From positions 2,816,001 through 2,880,000 of the forward strand of contig OZ242029.1 of assembly GCA_965205015.1 (NCBI GenBank): DNA of 64,000 nt, in the 5' to 3' direction. This DNA comes from Candidatus Poribacteria bacterium. Its GTDB lineage: Bacteria; Poribacteria; WGA-4E; WGA-3G. A model generated the notes under the pieces. The model made no database searches. It was not told where the DNA came from and saw only the letters and a list, made by a program, of their open reading frames with translations. Positions 20,402 to 29,643 of the stretch are shown one piece after another; the stretch's first letter is position 1, and each line of letters starts with the position of its first letter. The translations under genes were made by a program, and so were the position numbers.

Positions 20402-22063
20402 TTAATTTTCGTCCTGCCCTTTCGACGCAGACTCCACGGATATTGTCGCGAGAAAAGCATTGGTACCTCCCTTCTTACTGAACCCATCACCGGTAGCTCC
20501 CAACCGAAAGGATTGACCTCGCTCAAAGATATGCGTGATGCTCTCTGTTCCACCGGATGGAATACTCCACGCTGAAGCGAGGGCATTCTGAGGTACCCCC
20601 TCTGTTGGCAGTTTCCTGTTGCCAGCAAACAAATCAAACGAACCGGCAGCTTCAGCGTACCCGACGGAAACATCAATCGTAAGCACACCCCCATTTTCAA
20701 ACGCTGTCGCATCAATTTCAACGACAGTATAATCCCGAAAGCCCGCCTCTGGTGTCCGAAAAATATTCAGTACCTCCTGTGAGGTCCGAACATCGTTGAG
20801 TACAACTTTCAAGTTACTCAATACAGTATCTGAGTTGAGGGATTCTGGTTCTGAAGTATCTTCACCCAATCCTGGCTGTTTTCCCGCTAAGGATTCTTGG
20901 AGAAACGTTAAGTAATGCCTTGTTGTGTTTCCTCCAACGAGATGAAGTTTATTGGCGGGTTGCCTACCCATCACTTCAAACTGTGGCGATATGATCAAAC
21001 AATCCACTGGAGAATGTTTTTTCCAGCCTTTCATGATTGCCTGTGCTAAGGCATGGGTTGTATCAAATGTTTTGGATTCTCGCTCGCGTCTCTTCGCAAT
21101 CGGGTCTCGTAAACTCGGTACCCGTCCCAATTCGCAATTCGGCACCCATGTGTTGACGAAATTTTCGTTCAAGTATTTTATGATCTGATCGTCGGAGAGG
21201 ACAACTGCCCTCAAGGCTTTGCCACTCCCTCAGCACGATTCATCAGCAAGCGGTCCCATTATTGAGAGGACGTGAACCGGCTTCTCTTGTGCTGGTGCCA
21301 TTTTCAACGCATCTTCCAAAGAAACCCAGTTAATTTCCTGCGATTTGTAGAAACGCAATATCAGTTTACGTTCAGCCGCTTCTTGAGTGATGGATTCTAT
21401 AAACTCGGTGTCTGATACAATTTCTTGGATCTCAGCATGAAGTTCTATTTTTGGACAAAAACCGACATCTATAGTGTTAGTGCTGTTTCGTCCAACATCA
21501 AAATTCAGTATGCCTTCAGGGACGTACATCTTGAAGGCAGTAACCTTTTCCTTAATTCGATCAATAACAAGATACCCAGCGAATTGAGACGGAGTAAATC
21601 GACCATCTCTTAGGATGAATTCTGCATGGATACGGAACACAATTTCAGCAAATCTATCATTGTACGCGCGCAAAGATGCCCACAAGCCGCGAGAATCCCC
21701 TGAATTTATGCTAATATCCAGATTTGGCTTCGGATGAAGTTGTCGCAATAATTCCAGCGCACTTCCTTCCTCGATCTGCCAGAGATCCCCAACAGAAACC
21801 GCTTCGGATGGCAGAAAAGCCCGAAAAACCGAGGTAGGATACCGCTTCTCGGGTTCAGCAACCCGTAGATTCGCCAATTCATCCCACTCCACATGAAAGT
21901 TATATTGCGTGTATTCAATCGGGGCAATGACGCCTTTCACTAACACTGCAGATGTACCATCAAGGTTAAGTGTGATTTTTTTCTTCTCTGTCAAGTCTTC
22001 ATTGGCGTTTAATTGTCCATTTATCATCACCAGAATGAGAAGCCCAATCGTTAAAGTTTTCAT
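20402..22063 (-). CDS. Selenoprotein N-like protein 2 (553 aa; Sec at TGA 21232-21230; signal peptide; domain X)
   Basis: ORFs 21230-22063 and 20402-21214 are in frame across the TGA: GPLADESC-U-GSGKALRAVVLSDDQIIKYLNENFVNTW. Confidence 0.85.
21197..21212 (-). promoter_or_regulatory. Candidate bacterial SECIS hairpin (SelN-like 2)
   Basis: GAGGGC-AGUU-GUCCUC at +18 from the UGA. Confidence 0.6.
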
Positions 22064-22207
22064 TTTACAAATTCCTTAAAATTAACTACGGAAAATACGA
22101 TGTCTAAGTATCCATCTTACAAGAATTCGTTGTTCGCGTAGTATTACTATCAATATACAATAACTCGGGTTATATAAAGTAAAGCATTCTCACTTGCCAG
22201 CTACTCG

Positions 22208-23029
22208 CTAAGGGGTAACCGTCCTCTTTTTGACATCCGCCCAAGTCGTTGCGACTTTATCACTTGGTGAAACAGCGAGGAAATCCCCTACCATTGCCTG
22301 TTTAATTTCCCCATCGCTGAGTGCACGTTGCCAGACAGCGGTTTCATCAATAGAGCCGTTAGCGAATGCGTACTGCAATCTATTTTTTGCGCATCCGATC
22401 CGGAGTTTCGCGTTATTACCCCCAAAGAAATTGAATGTCTTTTTTTCCGAACCTATGACTTTACCGTCTAAATAAATCTTCACGGTTTTTCCGTCGTAGC
22501 TGCCAGCAACGTGGTACCATTTTCGGACACCCATTTTGTGTGAAACTGCGAATTCATGCCGGTCGGTAATCCCGCGTTTATCTCGCGACCCTAAAAACAA
22601 TACAATCTCTGGTCCGTCACCGATATCGGAGCTACCTATACCGTAGGTTCCAGACCAACCGACACCCGAATGGCACCCTTTATCAAGCCAATGCAACATC
22701 CTTTTACCTTTCCATGTTTCTTGATAGTAGATCCATGTCATCATTGTTATTTCGTTTGTAATTTTCAGTTTCTCTTGAGAAGGGATACTGACGCAATCCT
22801 GACCATCATCTGTGATATGAATGGCATTCCCGTATTTGCCCTTCACAATTTGGGTATTCTCGTGGAGTTCTGCGTCAAGACCATTCTTGGATTTGTCAAC
22901 AATTGTCTGATCTTTAACGTTATCAAACGTCAGATAAAAAACCAATTCCTCATCAAGTCCTGCGTTGGTAGAAATTGTCATTAACAGCATGACAGCACCC
23001 GAAAAAGCTGCAATAAATAACCGCGTCAC
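22208..23029 (-). CDS. Secreted LamG/concanavalin-like domain protein with C-terminal TTW-motif tail
   Basis: WYHVAGSYDG..IYLDG, IDETAVWQRALS, tail AVSPSDKVATTWADVK. Confidence 0.88.
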   Translation of the reverse strand: MTRLFIAAFSGAVMLLMTISTNAGLDEELVFYLTFDNVKDQTIVDKSKNGLDAELHENTQIVKGKYGNAIHITDDGQDCVSIPSQEKLKITNEITMMTWIYYQETWKGKRMLHWLDKGCHSGVGWSGTYGIGSSDIGDGPEIVLFLGSRDKRGITDRHEFAVSHKMGVRKWYHVAGSYDGKTVKIYLDGKVIGSEKKTFNFFGGNNAKLRIGCAKNRLQYAFANGSIDETAVWQRALSDGEIKQAMVGDFLAVSPSDKVATTWADVKKRTVTP

Positions 23030-23100
23030 GTTTTCTTTCCTCCTGTAGCGTCTGTTAAGTTTTCCAAAATTTGTTCCATAGACATGGTTTTGATATATAA

Positions 23101-23145
23101 TGACGCGGGTAACAGGCAGAACGGTTGCTTAATTCTGCAAAAAAA
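23101..23145 (-). promoter_or_regulatory. ECF-type promoter copy 4
   Basis: TTTTTTGCAGAATTAA-GCAAC-N17-GCGTCATTATA. Confidence 0.75.
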
Positions 23146-23198
23146 GAACAAAATGTGATACACAGCGCAGCAAACGCGCATAACACAGCAGTTTCATA

Positions 23199-24221
23199 CT
23201 ATTTCTCTTTTACTTTTCCCCATATTGTGCTGAGCAGTTGGGGTTGCGGTGAGACAGGCAACACATATACAGGGTCGAACCAATCCCCTCCAAAATTCGC
23301 CTTAAAAACCCGTCCAATATGTGTCAACTGTGTCCGAGTGTCACTGGGGATATCAAGTTTGAAAATGTGTAGACGTCCCTTAATTTTCTGTGTATAAAGG
23401 ACCTCTTCCCCATCTGGCGACAGCACTGGATATTGTGCTCTGGGCCCGGCTTCATTGAGAAGTTCTCGGAGATCCGTCCCGTCGCGGTTTACAATATAGA
23501 TTGTTTCTTTATCCAGCCATACGGGTGGGAAACGATCCCCTGGCAAAAGGCGCGGGAACGGGTTCTGATTCCAAGAAAAAGCGAGTTTGCTCCCCGTAGT
23601 CGACCAAAACGGTTGATTTTGCCAAGCCGTTGCCGTCCTCGGTAGGAGGTGTTTTTGTCTTCGTGTGTGGAGGTCAATTAGGGCAATTCGGCAGGTATCT
23701 CCAATATAAGACACATACGCTATTTTCGTCCCATCGGGTGACCACGTCGGATATCTGCCCTCCACGACACGCGCCTCTTTTTGTTCACCCAAGGTTGCAA
23801 CGTGGATATGGAACCTGACACCGTCCCAATTCAGGTGTGTGTAAGCGATCTGTTTGCCATCGGGTGACCACGTCGGAGAATCCCTATAAGATTTTCTTTT
23901 TCTTGTGAACACGGGACGGACATTGGAGCCGCTGGGATCCATCAGATATAAGTCCCGGATGCCGCCCTCGCGATCGGAAACGAAAAGAATCTGTTCACCA
24001 GTCGGGGACCAGACAGGGTTTAGGTCATTTGCGCGATGTTGCGTTAAGTTTATCTGTTCACTCCCGTCCGGATTCATCATGTAGACCTCGTAATTGCCGT
24101 CTCGTGAAGAGGTGAACAGAATTTTGGCGGTTGTGGGTGCTGTTGCGAAAACGAAGTTAACATTTACGTCCAGTATCAACACGTTCAATATAGCAAAAAC
24201 GAACAACCGTATTGTTTTCAT
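23199..24221 (-). CDS. TolB-like PD40-repeat protein with C-terminal TTW-like tail
   Basis: Repeated P.WSPDG units, tail PVSPQPQLLSTIWGKVK. Confidence 0.85.
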   Translation of the reverse strand: MKTIRLFVFAILNVLILDVNVNFVFATAPTTAKILFTSSRDGNYEVYMMNPDGSEQINLTQHRANDLNPVWSPTGEQILFVSDREGGIRDLYLMDPSGSNVRPVFTRKRKSYRDSPTWSPDGKQIAYTHLNWDGVRFHIHVATLGEQKEARVVEGRYPTWSPDGTKIAYVSYIGDTCRIALIDLHTRRQKHLLPRTATAWQNQPFWSTTGSKLAFSWNQNPFPRLLPGDRFPPVWLDKETIYIVNRDGTDLRELLNEAGPRAQYPVLSPDGEEVLYTQKIKGRLHIFKLDIPSDTRTQLTHIGRVFKANFGGDWFDPVYVLPVSPQPQLLSTIWGKVKEK

Positions 24222-24263
24222 TTTATGTGCCTTTATGAGGGATTCTGATTTTGTAGGGAGCCG

Positions 24264-25082
24264 TTAGGGAGCGACCGCTCTTCTTTTCATATCCGCCCAA
24301 GTCGTCGCGGCTTTATCGCTCGGCGAAATAGCGAGCATGTTTCCTGTCATCGCTTGTTTGATTTCATCATCACTGAGGGCGCGTTGCCACACCGCAGCTT
24401 CATCAATAGAGCCGTTCGTGAATGTAAGATGGGGTACGTCTTTTGCACATCCGATCCGAACGTCTGCTTCGTTGTCCCCAAAGAAATCGAATTTTTTCTT
24501 TTCTTTTGCTATGACTTTACCATCTACATAGATTTTCATGGTTTCGCCATCGTAACTTCCGACAACATGATGCCATTTTTTTTCGTCCATTTCATGCGGA
24601 GTTCTGAACTCCTGTCGATCCCACTTCCCTTCTATGTGTGATCCCAAAAACAAAAAGATTTCTGGTCCGTTACCGGCATCAGTACCAGCAATACCATAAC
24701 AGTGCGCCCAACCAACCGGAACAACGAAATGACAGTCTTTTTCCAGCCAATGCGCCTTCTCGTTGTTCCATGTTTCTGCAGAATAAATCCATGCCATCAT
24801 TGTTATCTCACCGATAACTTTCAATTTCTCTTGGGCAGGGATATTGACGCAATCTCCGCTTTGACCTTTAAGGCGAATTGCATCTCCATATTTACCCTTG
24901 ACAATATCAACACGCTCAAGTATTTCTGCGTCAAGACCGTTGCCAGATTCATCAATAATCGTCTGATTTTTAACGTTATCAAACGTCAGATAAAAAACGA
25001 GGTCTTCATCCAAACCCGCGTTGGCAAAGGTCACCAACAACGTAACGACACTCAAAAAAGCAGCAATAAATGCCCGTAACAT
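24264..25082 (-). CDS. Secreted LamG domain protein with TTW tail (paralog of 22208-23029)
   Basis: WHHVVGSYDG, IDEAAVWQRALS, tail AISPSDKAATTWADMK. Confidence 0.88.
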   Translation of the reverse strand: MLRAFIAAFLSVVTLLVTFANAGLDEDLVFYLTFDNVKNQTIIDESGNGLDAEILERVDIVKGKYGDAIRLKGQSGDCVNIPAQEKLKVIGEITMMAWIYSAETWNNEKAHWLEKDCHFVVPVGWAHCYGIAGTDAGNGPEIFLFLGSHIEGKWDRQEFRTPHEMDEKKWHHVVGSYDGETMKIYVDGKVIAKEKKKFDFFGDNEADVRIGCAKDVPHLTFTNGSIDEAAVWQRALSDDEIKQAMTGNMLAISPSDKAATTWADMKRRAVAP

Positions 25083-25154
25083 GTTTTCTTTTCCTCCTAT
25101 AGCGTCATTTGAATCTTCCAAAATTTGTCACACAAATCTCGTGTCGATATATAA

Positions 25155-25198
25155 TGACGCGGAGGATCGGAAAAACGGTTGCCTAATTCTGCAAAAAA
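25155..25198 (-). promoter_or_regulatory. ECF-type promoter copy 5
   Basis: TTTTTTGCAGAATTAG-GCAAC-N17-GCGTCATTATA. Confidence 0.75.
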
Positions 25199-25339
25199 TT
25201 AGCAAATTTAGACATGGCTGTTGATAATTAGGGGTAAGGACGATCCATTGTCTTATGAATGAATTTCGATTTTTGAGTTTGCTTTACAGAAACGTAGATA
25301 GATAGGCGCGCGTTGACAAATAGGTTAAAATGATATGGG

Positions 25340-26875
25340 TTATTTTTCAAATGGGGGGACGACAGAGACACGCGCCAAAAAAGCATTGGAAGTGCTCTTT
25401 TGGTTGTTTGCCCTTGTAGCGACCAACTTAAAATGCTGTTTGCCCTCCCTGAAGTGGTGAAAGATATGTCCTGTATTGCCGGGCAAAACGTTCCATGTCC
25501 CAGTCAGTGCTTTATCTGTCGTTTTGTTTGTCAGAATTTTCGCATCGGCATCAAACAATTCAAACGTTCCTGCTGCCGCCCCTGCTCCGACCTGTATCTC
25601 AATGTGGAGCACGCCGCGTTCAAAAGGGGTGGTATCAATCTCCACGACCGTGTAATCTGGCGTATCGGTGTCGGATGTGTTGAAAACATGCAAAATCTCC
25701 ATCAACTCCGTCCCTAAGCTGATCGGGTTTCGATCTAATTTTGAGGCGTTCCCTACACGAGCGCGTTTTCCTTCAAACGCATCCACGGAATGCTGCAGCA
25801 CCGATAGGTATGCTTGCGCGTGATTCCTGTAAGGCAGTGCCATCTCCGGTTGATGCATAATGACTTCCGCGTCGGGGGTCAGTGCCAGAATATCCACAGA
25901 GTCGGTGTAATGGTGTTTCATCTTTTGAGCGACGAGACTCACCCCTTCGCCTTCCGCGCCACCTATCAGTTCTGGCAATTCCCGGAGGAGCACCCACGTA
26001 TTGACGAACTTTTCGTTGAGCGTTTTTATGACTTCAGGATTGGAGAGCGGACCCGCCCTCAAATTTTTGCCATTCGCTCAGCACGATTCATCATCTAAAC
26101 ACCCCCAGACAAGGATGGCATGGATCGGCCGATGGGTCGCTTTTGCCTGTGCGACTGCCTCATCAATCGGCAGCCAGTTGATCTCCGCGAACTTGTAGAA
26201 CTTCAGTTCCAATGCACGATGTGCTTCTTCCGTTGTGATAGTAGCGTCCCACGTGATCTCGTTTTGGTCGGTCTCATCTATAGCGAGGAGTTCCATACGC
26301 GGCACGAAAACCATATCCGCTCCCCCAGAGGCGTTGAGGTCAACGTTCGTGTTGCGCGCCGGCAAGGCTAATGAAAACGCGCGAATCGTTCCGCTTTCTA
26401 CATTCACCACTACTTTCCCTGCAAATTGTGATGGAATAAACCTGGCTTCGGACTCCCACTCATCGTTTTTTTCTTGCCACTCCTGATGAGCAGCGGAGTT
26501 CAACGCGAATTCTGCATGAATTCGGAAAGCAATTTCTGCGTAGTCTGAGGCACGTGCCCGTAAGCAGGCAAAGGCACCTTCCTCACCGTACCCTAAATCA
26601 GCCGTTGCTCCCGGATGAAACTGACGCAGGAAGGAAACAACACTGTTCGCATCAAGTTTATAGACATCCCCTACCGTCACAGCAGATGGTGGCAGGAACG
26701 CAGTGAAAGCATCAGTCCGGTATTCCTTAACAGGTTGGTTTGGTGACAGATCGAAAAGTTCAACGTGTTCTGGCGATGCCTTGTGCATACGAAAGGTAGA
26801 ATCCGCAATCGGTTCCCAATGTGCATGCACCTGTAGACGTGTTGAACTATTTAGGACATTACAAAGGTTTATCAC
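25340..26875 (-). CDS. Selenoprotein N-like protein 3 (511 aa; Sec at TGA 26080-26078; domain X)
   Basis: ORFs 26078-26875 and 25340-26062 are in frame across the TGA: HAILVWGCLDDESC-U-ANGKNLRAGPLSNPEVIKTLNEKFVNTWVLLREL. GGAGG RBS before the GTG start. Confidence 0.85.
26043..26060 (-). promoter_or_regulatory. Candidate bacterial SECIS hairpin (SelN-like 3)
   Basis: GAGGGCG-GGUC-CGCUCUC at +18 from the UGA. Confidence 0.6.
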
Positions 26876-26994
26876 TATGTGCCTCCATTAATTTAAGATG
26901 CCTTTACAGAAAACTGTTGGATAAATTGGAGTATTCAGTCTTACTATTCATACGCATTTTCGGATGCACCTTCAGAAAGAATAGGAAAGCATTC

Positions 26995-27022
26995 TTGACA
27001 AAATAAAAAACCTACATAGAAT
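26995..27022 (+). promoter_or_regulatory. Sigma70-type promoter for the GH32 gene
   Basis: TTGACA-N16-TAGAAT. Confidence 0.55.
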
Positions 27023-27087
27023 GGTATGCAAAACAGCGGAAATCGCTCGTATCTCTTTGCAACGTTCAAAACGGAAAGGAACAGTCA

Positions 27088-28434
27088 ATGATTCAGACGG
27101 CTTACAAGGAAGCGTATCGTCCACAGTTCCACTTTACACCCAAGACCAATTGGACCAACGATCCGAACGGCTTAATCCATTACAAAGGTGAGTACCATCT
27201 CTTCTTCCAACACAACCCATTCGGTATCGACTGGGGCAACATGACGTGGGGACACGCCGTTAGCACAGACCTCGTCCATTGGAAACAACTCCCGCATGCC
27301 CTCCATCCAGATGAACTCGGCACAATCTTCTCGGGTTCTGGTGTCGTGGACTGGAAAAATACGGGGGGGTTTCAGACTGCGGACGAGGCGGTACTCGTCA
27401 ATTTTTATACGTCTGCAGGCAGCCACGCCCCGAAAGAGGTTCCGTTCACACAAAGCATCGCCTACAGCAACGATCGCGGACGGAGTTGGACAAAATATGA
27501 AGGGAATCCCGTGATTGAGCATATCGTGAGGGATAACCGCGACCCGAAAGTCATTTGGCACGAACCGACGCAAAAGTGGGTCATGGCACTTTACCTCGAC
27601 CAGAATGACTATGCCCTATTCGGTTCGACAAATCTCAAGGAGTGGACACGGTTATCCGACCTGCAGATTCCCGATACAGAATGCCCGGATATCTTTGAGC
27701 TTCCCGTTGACGGTGATCCGGATAATACCAAATGGGTTTTCTGGGGCGCAGCGGGAAAATATTACGTCGGTAGTTTCGATGGAACGACCTTTACACCCGA
27801 AGATGACGCACAGCGCGCCGACTACGGTGCCAATTTCTATGCGGCGCAAACGTGGAGCGATGTGCCAGAATTCGATGGCAGACGCATCCAAATTGCTTGG
27901 ATGAGTGGCAGTAAACCACCGGATATGCCTTTTAATCAACAGATGAGCTTCCCGTGTGAGTTGACCCTTCGGACGACTTCAGAGGGGATACGGCTACACC
28001 GAGAACCGGTTGAAGAGATCGAAAACATCCACACATATACGCACGCGTGGAGCGACCTTTCACTCAAACCGGGTGAAGACCCGCTTGCAGGATTGACAGG
28101 CGAACTGTTCGATATCCGCGCTGAAATAGTCTTGAACGATGCGACTGCCGTTGGTTTCAAAATTCGCGGGCAGGATGTCCGTTACGACGTTGGATCTCAG
28201 CAGCTCACGTTCTTAGAAAGAAGCGGACCCCTCGCGCCACGAAATGGGAAGATCCGCTTGCAAATTTTAGTCGATCGTATCTCTATTGAAGCATTCGGAA
28301 ACGATGGTAATCTCTCAATGACGTCCTATTTCCTGCCAGATCTGGACAACGCTGACATCGGAATCTATGCAGAGGGAAGCACAGCGACGTTCGTATCCCT
28401 GAAAGTACACGAGTTAAGGTCTTCGTGGGTGTAA
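27088..28434 (+). CDS. GH32 beta-fructofuranosidase/levanase (cytoplasmic)
   Basis: Catalytic motifs WTNDPNG, RDP and ECP, plus FSGS. Confidence 0.93.
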   Translation: MIQTAYKEAYRPQFHFTPKTNWTNDPNGLIHYKGEYHLFFQHNPFGIDWGNMTWGHAVSTDLVHWKQLPHALHPDELGTIFSGSGVVDWKNTGGFQTADEAVLVNFYTSAGSHAPKEVPFTQSIAYSNDRGRSWTKYEGNPVIEHIVRDNRDPKVIWHEPTQKWVMALYLDQNDYALFGSTNLKEWTRLSDLQIPDTECPDIFELPVDGDPDNTKWVFWGAAGKYYVGSFDGTTFTPEDDAQRADYGANFYAAQTWSDVPEFDGRRIQIAWMSGSKPPDMPFNQQMSFPCELTLRTTSEGIRLHREPVEEIENIHTYTHAWSDLSLKPGEDPLAGLTGELFDIRAEIVLNDATAVGFKIRGQDVRYDVGSQQLTFLERSGPLAPRNGKIRLQILVDRISIEAFGNDGNLSMTSYFLPDLDNADIGIYAEGSTATFVSLKVHELRSSWV

Positions 28435-28557
28435 TACCCAACGCATAGGATTTATGGGGGAACCTAAGTCGCCAAAAAGCGCGCCTGCAATATCATAGAA
28501 ACTGCTGAGCGCGCTTGGAGGAAGATTGATATTTTTTACAGGACAGACCAAATCTGT

Positions 28558-28887
28558 TTAGACGCTAAACGACTCACCACAACCGCATGTGTTTTTAGCG
28601 TTCGGATTTGTTATTTTAAAGCCTGAATCCATCAAACCATCGTTATAGTCCAGTACGGAACCGGCGAGATAGAGCGTGCTACGAGGATCGATGAAAACCT
28701 TCAAGCCGTGAAATTCAAAAACTTTGTCGGTGCCTTTTGCGGGACCAAACTCAAGATTATATTGGAAGCCGGAGCATCCACCGCCAACGACCTGCATTCG
28801 CAAACCGAGTTCGGATTCAGCTGGGGATTCACTGTGGCTAATGAGAGTAATCGCTTTTTGTGCGGCGGATTCTGTAACGGTAATCAT
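28558..28887 (-). CDS. iscA: IscA/ErpA (HesB) A-type Fe-S carrier
   Basis: GGGCSGFQY and CGCGESF. Confidence 0.9.
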   Translation of the reverse strand: MITVTESAAQKAITLISHSESPAESELGLRMQVVGGGCSGFQYNLEFGPAKGTDKVFEFHGLKVFIDPRSTLYLAGSVLDYNDGLMDSGFKITNPNAKNTCGCGESFSV

Positions 28888-29270
28888 GGTGATTGCGCCT
28901 CCTTTTTGGACAAAAAATCAGCAATAGCCATTTTTAGGACTTCTTCGGCAGCGTTCGCGTAACGTTGTTTATCCAGCGGCAGTCCTCCCAACGCTTCAGA
29001 GAGTTGCACAGCGGTAATCTCCAATGCCTCCGGGATATCGGTGCCGGTAATCAGTTCAGTGAGGATCGAAGCACTCGCGATAGCGGTGGGGCAACCGAAT
29101 GCTCGAAATTTCGCCGTAACGATCACGTTATCCGTTATCATGAGTGTGAGTTTTATCATCTCACCGTCAGCAGGCGAACCGATACTGGCAGTGCCGTCAG
29201 CATCGACAATTGTTCCGATATTGCGCGGGTTTTCGTAATGTTCAGTTACCTGTGGCGTGTACATGATCAA
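28884..29270 (-). CDS. IscU/NifU-N-like protein, retaining only one Cys
   Basis: EHYENPRNIG and AKFRAFGCPTAIASAS. Confidence 0.8.
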   Translation of the reverse strand: MIMYTPQVTEHYENPRNIGTIVDADGTASIGSPADGEMIKLTLMITDNVIVTAKFRAFGCPTAIASASILTELITGTDIPEALEITAVQLSEALGGLPLDKQRYANAAEEVLKMAIADFLSKKEAQSP

Positions 29271-29371
29271 GGTTGTCAGTTATCAGTTACGAAAGAATTT
29301 TGTTGAACGAGAACTCTTAACTGAAAGCCAAGGACTGAAAGGATTTTCGTAGAAAATCCGAACTGATAACT

Positions 29372-29400
29372 ATTATACGATATTTCTAAATGATTGTCAA
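29372..29400 (-). promoter_or_regulatory. Sigma70 promoter for iscU-iscA
   Basis: Minus strand TTGACA-N17-TATAAT. Confidence 0.75.
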
Positions 29401-29643
29401 ATTTTTAAGTTGGCAATTCCATTCTAATTCGTTTAAACTGTTTCAAAACAGGTGTCGGTCTACGGGAGGACAGTTAAGATGAAGACCAAACCCGCAATAA
29501 TACGCAGAAACACGCAGAAACCGCCAAGCAAAAACACGTGGACGACTCGTGAGAAAGGGACATCAAAGTCCTAGGGGGAATACCCCAGCAAAAACACCTA
29601 CGTTGTTTTTCCGCAAGGTCAATTAAAAGAAGGAGAATGTCCA

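Noticed and set aside
18101-26080. Nonsense pseudogenisation, or two-gene operons, at the DESC-TGA sites
   Set aside because: The same codon occurs at the same position in three divergent paralogs, both halves are intact and in frame, and the site aligns with the Sec of SELENON.
29450-29625. Leader with short direct repeats (acgcagaaac x2, gcaaaaacac x2) and small hairpins
   Set aside because: No recognisable RNA family, and too weak to call without comparative data.
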